From positions 1,760,001 through 1,824,000 of the forward strand of contig CP147779.1 of assembly GCA_037308085.1 (NCBI GenBank): a stretch of 64,000 bases of DNA, written 5' to 3'. Both the position numbers and the translations under genes were made by a program. Numbering within the stretch: position 1 is the first letter of the stretch; each line of letters begins with the position of its first letter. This DNA is from Promethearchaeati archaeon SRVP18_Atabeyarchaeia-1. GTDB lineage: Archaea; Asgardarchaeota; Atabeyarchaeia; Atabeyarchaeales; Atabeyarchaeaceae. The notes below the pieces were generated by a model. The model was not told the DNA's origin and searched no databases. It saw nothing but the letters and a program-made list of their open reading frames with translations. Positions 19,892-30,409 of this stretch are shown in pieces.

Positions 19892-21469
19892 CTATTCCAG
19901 CTCGATTGTCGCTGGTGGTTTGTCGGTGATGTCATAGAGGATCCTGTTGACACCCTTGACTTCATCTACTATTCTCAAGGCGATCCGTTCAAGCAGATCC
20001 CAAGGTAGCTTTGAGAAGTTTGCCGTCATTGCGTCCTCGCTTTCAACCGCCCTTACAACCACCGAATACTGGTATGTTCTGTGGTCTCCCATGACTCCGA
20101 CCGTCTTAACTGGGAGTATTGCGGCGAACGCTTGCCAGAGCTTCCTCTCGAGTCCAGCCTTCTTGATTTCCTCTCTGACAATTGCGTCTGCGCCACGCAG
20201 AATCTCCAGCTTCTCTTTCGTGACTTCGCCTGGGCATCTAACGGCAAGTCCTGGCCCTGGGAAAGGCTGGCGCCACGTAATCTCGTCCGGTATGCCCAGC
20301 TTCTCAGCGACAACTCGTACTTCGTCCTTGTAGAGGTCCCTAATAGGCTCGACAAGCTTCAGGTGCATCCACTCAGGGAGCACGACGTTGTGATGACTCT
20401 TGATACGTGATGACGTCTTAGTGGCTTGGGCGCTCTCAATCCTGTCAGGATAGATCGTGCCTTGTCCAAGGAATTCGAAGCCGCCATACTTCTCCTTAAG
20501 CTCCTCAGCCTTACTCTCAAAAACTTCGATGAAGGCTGATCCTATTATTCTCCTCTTTTGCTCCGAATCCTCGACCCCTTTCAGCTTCGACAAGAAGAGT
20601 TCGCTCGAATCTAGGAAGTAGAAATTCTTGAATCTAAGATGCTTGGTGAAAGTGCCCAGCACCTGTTCTGCTTCACCTTCCCTCAGCATCCCAGTGTCGA
20701 CGAATATGCAGTGCAGGTTGTCTCCGATCGCTCTATGAATTAGCTCGGCAGCCACTGTCGAGTCGACCCCTCCGCTGACGCCCATGACGACTCTTCCTTC
20801 GCCGACCTGATCTTTGACTTGCTTCACGGTTGCTTGAATGAAATCTAGGGGGTTCCATGTGGGGGCAAGCTTGCATATGTTCAGAACAAAGTTACTCAGT
20901 ATCTTGATACCATTCACGGTGTGCCGAACCTCTGGGTGGAACTGAACCGAGTAAATGCCCATTGCCTTCGAACGGAAAGCCGCGTTCGGGCAGATCTCGG
21001 TAGAGGCTATTCTCTCAAACCCTGGAGGCAGTGATACAACTTGGTCTCCGTGGCTCATCCACACTGTCTCTTCCTTATTCAAGCCCTTTAGAAGGTCGCT
21101 CCGGTCATTCACAGTGAGCTTCACTTTGCCGTATTCTCTGCTACTGGTTGGTTCGACTTTTCCGCCGAACAGGTGAGCTATTAGCTGGTGACCGTAGCAT
21201 ATTCCGAGTACGTGGATCCCTCGCTTAGTAAGGGACTCAATGAGACTTCTGCTCATTGTCGGAGCCCCTTCATCGTACACGCTACTAGGTCCGCCTGAAA
21301 GTATTACTCCACCTAACCATTTCTCCCCTAGTAGTTTCTCGTCAACGACGTCACTGTACGCAATCAATTCGGAGTAGGCTCCCACTTCCCGGATCCGTCT
21401 TGTTATCAGGTGAGCATATTGGCCGCCGAAATCGATGACGAGTATAAACTTCCTCTCTTCACTTTCCAT
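19892..21469 (-). CDS. guaA: GMP synthase (glutamine-hydrolysing), fused GATase and ATP-PPase domains
   Basis: DFGGQY, GICYGHQ, QFHPEV, SGGVDS, IKSHHNV, PFPGPGLAVR, KPPATIE. Confidence 0.98.
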   Translation of the reverse strand: MESEERKFILVIDFGGQYAHLITRRIREVGAYSELIAYSDVVDEKLLGEKWLGGVILSGGPSSVYDEGAPTMSRSLIESLTKRGIHVLGICYGHQLIAHLFGGKVEPTSSREYGKVKLTVNDRSDLLKGLNKEETVWMSHGDQVVSLPPGFERIASTEICPNAAFRSKAMGIYSVQFHPEVRHTVNGIKILSNFVLNICKLAPTWNPLDFIQATVKQVKDQVGEGRVVMGVSGGVDSTVAAELIHRAIGDNLHCIFVDTGMLREGEAEQVLGTFTKHLRFKNFYFLDSSELFLSKLKGVEDSEQKRRIIGSAFIEVFESKAEELKEKYGGFEFLGQGTIYPDRIESAQATKTSSRIKSHHNVVLPEWMHLKLVEPIRDLYKDEVRVVAEKLGIPDEITWRQPFPGPGLAVRCPGEVTKEKLEILRGADAIVREEIKKAGLERKLWQAFAAILPVKTVGVMGDHRTYQYSVVVRAVESEDAMTANFSKLPWDLLERIALRIVDEVKGVNRILYDITDKPPATIELE

Positions 21470-21664
21470 GCCTGCGCCGCCTCGGAGGATAGTGATCCAG
21501 ACTGGGCTGACCGTGAATCTCAACGCAAATGAATAGATGCTCTACCTTCTTAACGTTTTTCGGGGCAAGGTAGTACTGAAACAGGAGGAAATAGCGGCAA
21601 AAGCAGGATTCCTCGTCTAAGTTCTTGCCGCAACTTGCCCACTGCTTGGACAGAGCTTCTCGCA

Positions 21665-22201
21665 CTACTTAGTCTCGAATCTCTCTACGATCTTCTGGTA
21701 CTTCTCGTGGATCAACTTTCTGTCGAACTCCCAGAACTCCTGAAGCATTGCATCTTGTTCCTGCTTCGTGAAGTAGTCCAGTATGGGGAAGAAGAAGTGC
21801 TTGTCCTCCTTCTCGATGTGCTTCGGGTAGAATTCGGCTAGCGCTCCTAGCTTGGCAGTGATTTCCTTCAAGGCGTTACTGTTGCCCTGAACGTACTTGT
21901 CCTTGGCGGCAACTAGCTCGCCAACCGTTTTTCTGGCGTAGACGTGCTCCTCTACCAGTTCATCCACAGTCTTCTTGTGCCCTGGCGAGAGCTTCTTCTT
22001 CGCCAGATCTCTGAAAAGTATGTCCTCTTCTTTGCCGTGGTGGCACCTGTCCGCATATGTTCTTGCGAAGTCGACATAGGTGTCGATGAAGATGGGATCA
22101 GCCTTCTTTCCTCTTTCTATTTTGTTCAACTCTTCTTTCACAATCGCGATCATGCGCTCGATCAGCCTGTGTTCAATCATTAATGGACCAATCGGCTTCA
22201 A
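21665..22201 (-). CDS. Hemerythrin HHE-domain protein
   Basis: EHRLI, CHHGKEEDILF, EH, HIEKED..FFP. Confidence 0.9.
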   Translation of the reverse strand: MKPIGPLMIEHRLIERMIAIVKEELNKIERGKKADPIFIDTYVDFARTYADRCHHGKEEDILFRDLAKKKLSPGHKKTVDELVEEHVYARKTVGELVAAKDKYVQGNSNALKEITAKLGALAEFYPKHIEKEDKHFFFPILDYFTKQEQDAMLQEFWEFDRKLIHEKYQKIVERFETK

Positions 22202-22271
22202 TTGAGATCACCCTCCAAACTAGCTTGCAAAGGAATACGTGTCTCAGGTCTTTTGGATCTTTCTGCAGTTA

Positions 22272-23240
22272 TCAAATCTTTAGGAGCTTCTTGGCGTTCT
22301 CGCCTAGGATCTCACTTCTTTCCTTGGGCGTGAAGTTCTTGATGCCAATTGCTTTCAATGCATCTGGGACCTGGTACTCCCTTATGAATTTCACCCAATC
22401 CTTCTGGCTTAGTACTGATTTGGCCCATCCCCAATCAGATCCGAACAGGATCCTTGAGTGGGCTGTGTTTACGAGTCTTCTCAGTGACATGACAAGATAG
22501 TTTATGTCATAGTAGTGAGATGTCTGTCCCCACGCTGAAATGTCAGCGTAGACGTTTGGTCTCGTTATCAGGATAGCGATAACTTCGTCGAGCCATGCTC
22601 CCCATCCAGCGTGTGCCATAATTATCTGTAGCTCGGGGAATTTGCCGGCTGCCTCATCGATATACATTGGGTGCGTACATTTCATGTAGAAAGGCCCGGA
22701 CACGGGACCAGTGTGGGACAATACGGGAACGCCATAATCCAAGGCTATCCTATATACTGGCGTGCAGGCGTCATCACTCGGATAGAAACCCGTTGGTGGG
22801 TAAAACTTGATCCCCTTCATTCCCCACTCCTTCAGACCACGCTCAACGGTCTCCACGGCATTCTTGCGGCGCGGGTCAACCGCAATGAATCCGACAAGCC
22901 GGTCGGGGTATTTCTTCACGGCATCAAGAACGAACTTGTTGCACTCATCTATTTCTGCTCCCACCCGGAGCCCTGGAACAAAGCCCTTTCCCCAGTCAAC
23001 GGTGAAAACCACACTCTTGTCGATTCCCGCCCCATCCATCTCTTTGATCAGCTTCTCGGGGTTCCCGTCGATCATGTCTTGCATCAGGGCACCTTTCATT
23101 ATGTCCTCTCTTTTCAGTCCCAATCCGATAGCATACTGATCTGCGATGCCTTCAATCATGTTTTCTGTGTAGTGCTTTCTCAGGTAGACATGCACGTGCG
23201 AATCTATGACAACCATATCTGCCTCTTCCTCCTTCCACAT
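22272..23240 (-). CDS. Amidohydrolase_2 family metal-dependent hydrolase
   Basis: IDSHVH, GIKFYP, HTG, MAHAG, ILFGSDW, ILGENA. Confidence 0.9.
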   Translation of the reverse strand: MWKEEEADMVVIDSHVHVYLRKHYTENMIEGIADQYAIGLGLKREDIMKGALMQDMIDGNPEKLIKEMDGAGIDKSVVFTVDWGKGFVPGLRVGAEIDECNKFVLDAVKKYPDRLVGFIAVDPRRKNAVETVERGLKEWGMKGIKFYPPTGFYPSDDACTPVYRIALDYGVPVLSHTGPVSGPFYMKCTHPMYIDEAAGKFPELQIIMAHAGWGAWLDEVIAILITRPNVYADISAWGQTSHYYDINYLVMSLRRLVNTAHSRILFGSDWGWAKSVLSQKDWVKFIREYQVPDALKAIGIKNFTPKERSEILGENAKKLLKI

Positions 23241-23379
23241 TTTCGTCCCGAAGATGGCTAGTATCTCCTTGCATCTTCCATATATACTTCGTTTCTGGAA
23301 TCACTTAGTCCCTAGGTTTCCGTCTGCTATTCTCCTCGAAAATACGGCACTTGATCCACTAGATTGTAGTAGGAGGTAT

Positions 23380-23937
23380 TTACAGGGGCAATTGAAGCGT
23401 CTCAAGCAGCTTCGTGAGAATTATGTAGGTCAACCCCCAGATGACACTATCGCCGATGAGGTAAGCTGGGAAGGCTCCAAAGTTGAATTTGACGCTGCCT
23501 CTGCTCCTGATAAGCTGTTTAGGGTCGACCCAGATGTAGCGCTCCAACTCTTCGGCACTCAGTTTTATTTCAGGGTCATGCTCAAGCACGAAGACAAATG
23601 GCAATACGGTCATGCCAGGTCTGACCGCTGACCTCACGGGCTCCAATACCCCAAGAAATCGACAGCGATTAGCGAGGTCAATATTGGTCTCTTCTAAGGT
23701 TTCTCTAATGACCGTTTCCTTGAGACTTCGATCCCCAGGCTCGCGCCTTCCACCAGGCAGAGCCATCTGCCCCGACCAGGGATCCTTTGGGTTCTCAACC
23801 CTCTTAACAACAAGAAGTCTTAGATTCCTATCGGCTTCTCTCAGCAATATTGCGACGGCGGCTACTGCCTGCGTTTCTTCAGAGAACTTCGTCAGTTTTC
23901 TTGACAGTGCTTCCACGTCTCTCAAAGCAGGATCCAA
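23380..23937 (-). CDS. Nudix hydrolase (CoA pyrophosphatase-like)
   Basis: WSGQMALPGG...RETLEET Nudix box; IWGLT. Confidence 0.9.
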   Translation of the reverse strand: MDPALRDVEALSRKLTKFSEETQAVAAVAILLREADRNLRLLVVKRVENPKDPWSGQMALPGGRREPGDRSLKETVIRETLEETNIDLANRCRFLGVLEPVRSAVRPGMTVLPFVFVLEHDPEIKLSAEELERYIWVDPKQLIRSRGSVKFNFGAFPAYLIGDSVIWGLTYIILTKLLETLQLPL

Positions 23938-24246
23938 AGTCGATCGCCCTCGCCGTTTCTCCGGCCATTATTGTGATCATCCGATAACCTTTCTCACTCC
24001 CATCCACCTTAATACACGTGAAATAAAAGCCTTTGGCAATAAGATATTGCAGAACTAGAATAGTCTGCGAGGACGAAGAACGCAATAGCCTTCAACTCAT
24101 ATCGGAAACGCTAGCGAAGAGACGGCACAATTGACTCAGAGAAAGGCGGACCCTGGCTTGAACGTGACACAGTGTTGTGATGATGCTCTCGCTGGAACCA
24201 TGGAATCAGTCTTAGTCGCCCTAGATTCTCGTTATTCCAGGTTGAT

Positions 24247-25500
24247 CTATTGGCAAACAAACTCACAGTAGTCGTCGCCTTTTGCCACGCACTTTGTCTC
24301 AATGCACCTCACTGTCCTAGCGAGCAGCAATTCCATTACGCCTGCTATGAGACCCGCAAGATGCGGATTCATGGGTTTGTCGGAACTTCGGATCAGTGAA
24401 CAGAGTGCATTCCTTACCCGAAAAATCGAGCGGCCGTTGTCGAAGACCAGCAACTCCGCCAGCCCCATCCCCGAAGCTGATATGTAGCCAGCCAAGAGCT
24501 CAAGTACCCTCCTCGGATCCAGGTCGTCTAGTCTTAGGTTCATCGAAGAAAGCAGTTCCTTAATATTCTGTGCCCCGGCAGATTTTGCCCTATTGTACAT
24601 TTCTTCTGTTGCAGACTCGTAGGTGCCCTGGTCCATGAACTCCTCCATCAGTCTCGCCATGTTCTTCGCGTTGTTAAGGGTGAATCTTATGCCCATCAGA
24701 CTTATTGTTCCATCAGGATTATGCTTCAACTGGTTTCTCAGTGTACGGGTCAACTCAGCAGAAGCTGTCACTAGAGTGGGCTTGCCGTCGATGATATCGT
24801 AGGGAACCTCATTCAACTGGAAATCGGGAATCGGGGACTGCTTGACGCGAAGGAACCTCTGATACCTACCCTTGACCTCTCTAACAGTCAATACGATTAT
24901 CGAGTCACCCAGATCCTCAATGGCGGTGGCGATGCTTTCATCAAACATTTTTGGGTTGAAAAGCGCTAGGGTCACCATCCTATCTACCTTGATCAGTGTC
25001 CTAGCCATTCTACTTATTTTGTAGGCGGATTCGAACTTGTAGTTGGCCAGTGCCGAAGATGCCGAATATACGAGCATTCTCATGCCCTCGAATTTTCCGG
25101 ACTCAATTTGGCTCTTAGATATCTCCGCCAAGTCGTAGTATAGGCGGAGAAGCGAATTTGGGTCGCTAAGGCTCTTGCTTCTAAGTATTGGGCCTCGCCG
25201 CTCAGGGTCATATTCCCCCTCGCTGTAGAGGTCCGCTATGATCATGGAGCCAGATTCGAGGGCATTCTTCATGTCGACGCCGAGATCCGTTAGCTTTGCT
25301 ATGAAAGTACTGGGTGGCAGATCATACAGCAATATCGAACAGACGTCCCGGTGGCGCAATCCTTCATTTATGAATGCTACTATAAAAGAAAGCTCTTGAG
25401 TTCCACGCTCAACTTCTAGGTAAGTGGTAGAGCGATTGGTCAGTCCACCGCCCAGCAGCCGATCAACCTCAGGAACCCCGAAGCTCACGACATCAGACAT
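24247..25500 (-). CDS. KaiC/RAD55-like RecA-fold ATPase with degenerate Walker A, fused to a C-terminal V4R domain
   Basis: FGVPEVDRLLGGGL; P-loop reads VERGTQEL; RFLRVKQS; C-terminal ETKCVAKGDDYCEF. Confidence 0.85.
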   Translation of the reverse strand: MSDVVSFGVPEVDRLLGGGLTNRSTTYLEVERGTQELSFIVAFINEGLRHRDVCSILLYDLPPSTFIAKLTDLGVDMKNALESGSMIIADLYSEGEYDPERRGPILRSKSLSDPNSLLRLYYDLAEISKSQIESGKFEGMRMLVYSASSALANYKFESAYKISRMARTLIKVDRMVTLALFNPKMFDESIATAIEDLGDSIIVLTVREVKGRYQRFLRVKQSPIPDFQLNEVPYDIIDGKPTLVTASAELTRTLRNQLKHNPDGTISLMGIRFTLNNAKNMARLMEEFMDQGTYESATEEMYNRAKSAGAQNIKELLSSMNLRLDDLDPRRVLELLAGYISASGMGLAELLVFDNGRSIFRVRNALCSLIRSSDKPMNPHLAGLIAGVMELLLARTVRCIETKCVAKGDDYCEFVCQ

Positions 25501-25814
25501 GTTAGAACCTCCCGCCGAGAAAATCTATCTCGAAACTTCCGTATTAGGTTTTTGGGGCGGTTGGGGATCATGACAGCCTCGAGTTGCAAGCTCGCAAGCT
25601 TCAGCGGTGGATAACTGACTTGTCGACGAGACACCTAATGCCCAGGCAATACGATTTCGGAATCGGATTATCTCTCGGAATCATAGGGGTACCTTGCCGC
25701 ACACCTTGTGTTGCGTCACTCGAGTACTCTGAGAGTGACAGCCTGTACGTAACCGTGAGTAAATGCTTCCATGGAAAGGGAGGATGCCTTGTCCTGAAGC
25801 TGATGGCTCCTGAT

Positions 25815-26621
25815 CTAGGACTTGGGCTTCTTCTTGGATTCATCGATGAAGTATAGTATCAAGTCTATGAAGTAGTCTGGTCTCTCCATTAGTGCGCCGT
25901 GCCCTGCGAAAGGAATAACAGCTATCTTCGAATTCTGGATTTCCTTGTGGATCAGTTCAGCCTCTTCGGCTGGAACCACTTCGTCTTCCCTGCCATGAAT
26001 GATCAGTGTCGGAACCGTGATCTTCTTGATGTCCTTCTCCATTACCGGGGGGCTCTTCATGTACCCCTGCTGAACCCGTGCTGAGGTCTTTGCTTCCCTG
26101 GTCTTCATGGAATCCGCAAATCTCTTGATTGCATCCTTGTGTCTGCGCGCAAACATTGGGTGGAAGATGTCCTTGATCTCGGCGTCGATATATGCCTGCA
26201 ATCCTTTTTCAGCAAACGCTTTTGCCCATGCTCCTGCGACCTGTATTGACTTGGCAGGCATTCTGGACGTCGTGTCTATGAGGATTAGACCCTCGACTTT
26301 CTCCGGATGTGTCAAAGCCATCTTCTGTGCTACAAATCCACCCATGCTGATTCCGCAAATGTACGCCTTGTCTACCTTGAGCACGTCAAGGAGTGCTGCA
26401 ACATCGTCGGCGAACATGTCTTGGGTGTAGGGCATATCCGGTTTCTCGGATTTCCCGTGTCCTCTCAAATCCACGGCTATGCATCGGATCTCCTTTGACA
26501 TATCTGGAGTCACTTCTGACCATTCAGTCGAGTCTCCTCCCACTCCATGTATTAATACTAAAGGTGTTCCTTTTCCAGTATCCTCATAATACATCATGAA
26601 GTCCTTCACTTTTGCTTTCAA
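25815..26621 (-). CDS. Alpha/beta hydrolase (PcaD/MhpC-like)
   Basis: LIHG, DLRGHGKS, GISMGG, GREDEV, AGH. Confidence 0.92.
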   Translation of the reverse strand: MKAKVKDFMMYYEDTGKGTPLVLIHGVGGDSTEWSEVTPDMSKEIRCIAVDLRGHGKSEKPDMPYTQDMFADDVAALLDVLKVDKAYICGISMGGFVAQKMALTHPEKVEGLILIDTTSRMPAKSIQVAGAWAKAFAEKGLQAYIDAEIKDIFHPMFARRHKDAIKRFADSMKTREAKTSARVQQGYMKSPPVMEKDIKKITVPTLIIHGREDEVVPAEEAELIHKEIQNSKIAVIPFAGHGALMERPDYFIDLILYFIDESKKKPKS

Positions 26622-26666
26622 GATATTTTCTCTCCTCCTGATGCTTCTGGCTGTTCTCGCTACTCT

Positions 26667-28223
26667 CTACTTTTTGACCAAATACTCCTCACGCATTACC
26701 CGTTTAAGGATCTTCCCTGCTATATTGCGAGGGAAGTCCTCGCTGACAATGACTCTGCTTACGCGCTGATATTTCGCCGCCACGTTTTCGTTAATCCACT
26801 TTAGGAGAGATTCCTCAGTTGTGCTTCCAGGTTGGTTGAGGACAACTGCAGCAACTGGGGTTTCCCCCCATTTTGGATCGGGAATGCCGAAGACTGCGAC
26901 TTCTCTCACATCAGGATGTCTTGCAATGACCTCCTCGATGTCCCTGGGGTAGACTTTCACTCCTCCTGAATCTATCATATCCTTCTTCCGATCAACGAGA
27001 TATAGGTATCCATCGCTATCGACGTAGCCTACGTCCCCGGTGAACAACCAACCGTCTCTGATAGCCTGTTTGGTCTGGTCGGGACGCTTGTAATATCCTG
27101 GCATGAGTACAGGACCGCGGCCAATGATCTCGCCTATCTTCCCTGTTGGAACATCCTTTCCATCGTCGTCCACAATCCGCATCTGGAGCAATGGCCCTGG
27201 GGTTCCAACGGAGCTTGGCTTTCTTGGATAGTCATATTTGTCAAGAACTGTCACAAACCCTTCAGTCAGGCCGTAGAGCTCGTAGAATCGGCTAGGTAGG
27301 CGCTTATTCAATTCCTGCTTATGCTCCATCAATAGGGGAGCCCCGACGTTGCATATCATTTCAATTGATCGTAGCGCTTTGAGCGAGAACTTGGGTGAGC
27401 GGAGAATAGCAATGATCTGCGCAGGAACTACCATCATGTGGGTCACTTTTTCCTGTCTCACGGTTTCTATGAACAGATCTGGACTGAACGCGGGAAGAAG
27501 AACGAAAGTACAACCCATGTAGAGGGCGGGCATCAAAGTCACAAAAGTAGCGTTAAATACGATTGAACCGGAGTGTAGCATTACTGATTCTGGCGTCATC
27601 CTGAAGACTGGGGGAAAAGTCAAGGCGTACATTAGCCGGATGTAGTGGGTGTGGACTATTCCTTTGGGCAGTCCTGTCGTCCCACTGCTGTAGATGATGT
27701 TGAAAGGATCATTCTCGCTGATTTCTATACCTTGAGGTTCCTGATCGCTGGCGTCAGCCTTCACATCGTTATAGTACCTGTACCCAGGCATGTCTGGTGA
27801 ATCGACAACCAGGTAGCCATCATCCATTATACCGGTAAGCTCGGGTCTGATCTCTTCAACAATCTTAGCGAGAATAGAGTTGGTGATTATCACCTTTGAA
27901 TCAGAGTCTTCGAGAAGAGACTTTAACCCCTTTGGCAGAAGCATTGTGCTAAGTGGCACTACAACTGCCCCTGTTTTTGCCGCAGCCCAGTACGTTTCAA
28001 GCAATTCAACGCAGTTTGTGAGCAGAGTCGCTACTTTATCGCCTTTCTTGATCCCCATGCCAAGCAGGGCATTTGCAGCGCGGTTCACTTCCGCATTGAA
28101 TTGCCTGTAATTCAAACGCTTTTCCTTGAAGACGACTGCCGTGTGGCTAGGTCGATAGCGAGCGTGTCGGCTCAGAATCATTCCAATATTGATGGGATGG
28201 CCACGATCAATTGTACCAGACAT
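26667..28223 (-). CDS. AMP-dependent acyl-CoA synthetase
   Basis: YSSGTTGLPKG, YGLTE, TGDVG, DRKKDMI, GKILKR. Confidence 0.95.
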   Translation of the reverse strand: MSGTIDRGHPINIGMILSRHARYRPSHTAVVFKEKRLNYRQFNAEVNRAANALLGMGIKKGDKVATLLTNCVELLETYWAAAKTGAVVVPLSTMLLPKGLKSLLEDSDSKVIITNSILAKIVEEIRPELTGIMDDGYLVVDSPDMPGYRYYNDVKADASDQEPQGIEISENDPFNIIYSSGTTGLPKGIVHTHYIRLMYALTFPPVFRMTPESVMLHSGSIVFNATFVTLMPALYMGCTFVLLPAFSPDLFIETVRQEKVTHMMVVPAQIIAILRSPKFSLKALRSIEMICNVGAPLLMEHKQELNKRLPSRFYELYGLTEGFVTVLDKYDYPRKPSSVGTPGPLLQMRIVDDDGKDVPTGKIGEIIGRGPVLMPGYYKRPDQTKQAIRDGWLFTGDVGYVDSDGYLYLVDRKKDMIDSGGVKVYPRDIEEVIARHPDVREVAVFGIPDPKWGETPVAAVVLNQPGSTTEESLLKWINENVAAKYQRVSRVIVSEDFPRNIAGKILKRVMREEYLVKK

Positions 28224-28577
28224 GGATCTCAGCCCCCTGTGTTGGGCGCTCCGTTGCCCAAGTTATCTTTTTCCTTGAGGTCTTGCTCAAGGCGTCGCTC
28301 CCCTTCTCGCCATCGGCTGCATTAATCTGGAAGCGCGAGTGAGTATGAGTTGCGTGAAAGGTTAGCTTCTGCTGAACATGATCTCCATCTTCAAATATAT
28401 AAGAGCTTAAGAATGTTGAAGTTGGAGGCGCGCTTCCTGAAGTATTTGCATCTTCGAAGCAAGTTCACTTTCTCTGCGGCGAAGAGAGGGGAAACTAGAC
28501 TGCTCTGGTACGTAGAAAGGGAAGTACAAGAAGTCCAAGAGCAGGGCCAGTCCAAGTCTGAAGCATGATCCACTATT

Positions 28578-29687
28578 CTACCGCGCCTGGCCTTCGAATT
28601 GCTCCAATTTGATTAAGGAATTATCCTTCGCAGATGCATAGGCTGCCTCCACAACCTTGTGCGCATAAACTCCAACTTCGAAATCCGGCTGTGGATGACG
28701 CTTCGATTGGATTGACTTGATAAACGAGTAGTCTTGGTACGTGTATTCTCCAAGTTCATATTTGCTTTGAATGCCAAGCTTATCTTTGGTATAGTTGTTC
28801 GCATCTTTGTATCCTATTCTTGCTGGGAGTTCTTCACCTATTTGGTAGAAGTATGGCGCAGCAGACTTCGTTTCTCCATCCAGCTCTAGGTGGAACAGGG
28901 CCTTGTTGTAGAAGATCTCGATCAGGCGGCTTGATCCTCTTGTTCCCAGCTCGTGCCATATGCTTGACAGCATCCCCTCAGCGCCATTCTCGAATTTGAG
29001 CCATACGTTGGCTTGGTCTTCAACTTCTCTCCCAGAGAAGTACCTTATGCTTGCCCTGAGCGCTTCAATTCTCCCGAAGAACCACCGCATGAAGTCGACA
29101 TCGTGTATCGAGTGCTCGATTAGTGTTCCTCCCCCAGCGAGATCCTTGTCCTTACGCCATGTGCTCTGGTATTGGCCTCTAATTGGAAAGAACTGATCGT
29201 CTCTCAACACGAAGTCCATGGCAGGTCCGATCCTGCCCGTATTGTCGTCGATTAGATGCTTGCAGTAATTGAGGAGTGGGTCAAACCTCATTACCAAGCC
29301 AACCTGTGCCTTCACGCCCGCTTTTTCCACAAGGTGGAGCATCTCTTCTGCGTCTTTCAAATTCCTTGCCATTGGCTTCTCGCAGAAGATGTTCTTTCCT
29401 GCTGCAGTGGCCTCAGCAACGTACTGTTTGTGGAACTTCGTGGGTGTGCAGATAAACACGGCATCTACACTGTCGCTCCTGATAAGGGAAGTAGCGCTAT
29501 CGCAGATTTTGACGCCAGGTCTTAGCCGAGTGACAACCTTGAGCCTTTCAGGATCGACATCGTACGCGGAAGTGACCTTCACATCCAGCAGTTTGGATTG
29601 TGTCAGTAGGTCTAGTGACTGGAAGTGGGTCATTGAGATCCATCCGCAACCCACAAACCCAACTCGAGTGGTATTTGCCAATGACAT
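28578..29687 (-). CDS. Gfo/Idh/MocA oxidoreductase
   Basis: GFVGCGWI, FCEKPMA, GGGTLIEHSIHDVD. Confidence 0.93.
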   Translation of the reverse strand: MSLANTTRVGFVGCGWISMTHFQSLDLLTQSKLLDVKVTSAYDVDPERLKVVTRLRPGVKICDSATSLIRSDSVDAVFICTPTKFHKQYVAEATAAGKNIFCEKPMARNLKDAEEMLHLVEKAGVKAQVGLVMRFDPLLNYCKHLIDDNTGRIGPAMDFVLRDDQFFPIRGQYQSTWRKDKDLAGGGTLIEHSIHDVDFMRWFFGRIEALRASIRYFSGREVEDQANVWLKFENGAEGMLSSIWHELGTRGSSRLIEIFYNKALFHLELDGETKSAAPYFYQIGEELPARIGYKDANNYTKDKLGIQSKYELGEYTYQDYSFIKSIQSKRHPQPDFEVGVYAHKVVEAAYASAKDNSLIKLEQFEGQAR

Positions 29688-29777
29688 TACCCTCTCGTGA
29701 GCGGCGGGCAGAATAACCGATCTGGCTGTATGATGGGGAAAAGCAAAAAAGTGGTAAGTTGGGGAAGACGGTTGCGC

Positions 29778-30209
29778 CTATATCTCCTCGAGTAGAGTTG
29801 AGAATGTGTCGTGGTGATCTTCTTCTTCCTCGAGTATCTCCCTGAAGACTCTGTTAGTTGTCTCATCGTTTTCTGCTCTTGCCTTGTCGACGATCTGCTT
29901 GTATAGTTTGATGGCAGTCTCCTCATCCTTCATGTCTTGCTCGACCATTTCTCGGGGTGTTTCTCTGACGAAGATCGGATCTGGTTTGGTCGTCGGTGTT
30001 CCTCCGAGGTAGAAGAGCCTCTCGGCGATTTTCTCTGCGTGTTTCATCTCTACTTTAGCTATGTCCTCAAGTTCGTCCTTTATGGTGAATCCTTTTATTC
30101 CGCTCCACTGAACATGTTGCCACATGTACTGGATTGAGACCTGTATCTCCCTTGCTATTGCCTTGTTGAGTAGATCCAACAATTCCTTTGAGACTTTAAC
30201 TACGCTCAT
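29778..30209 (-). CDS. Bacterioferritin/ferritin-like diiron protein
   Basis: ARE..QY, EMKHAEKIAERL..LGG.P, EE.AI..Y, EEEDH. Confidence 0.9.
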   Translation of the reverse strand: MSVVKVSKELLDLLNKAIAREIQVSIQYMWQHVQWSGIKGFTIKDELEDIAKVEMKHAEKIAERLFYLGGTPTTKPDPIFVRETPREMVEQDMKDEETAIKLYKQIVDKARAENDETTNRVFREILEEEEDHHDTFSTLLEEI

Positions 30210-30409
30210 GCTTCTTTCCCTCCTGCGTTTGTCTAGGAATAAGCGTTCAACTATATGATGGTTACTAAATTGAGCCAGAAAGCCCAAACCTTTAAGAGGT
30301 CGATGAGAAATGCCGAGAAGAAGGGCAGGAAGTCTGTGTGAGCGGACAAATCAAAGAAAGAGCTAGTTCTTATCGGGTAGACATGCTATTACAGCTTCAG
30401 GGGTGAACC

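Noticed and set aside
28350-28568. Small plus-strand ORF
   Set aside because: No recognisable motif; it may be real but is unsupported.
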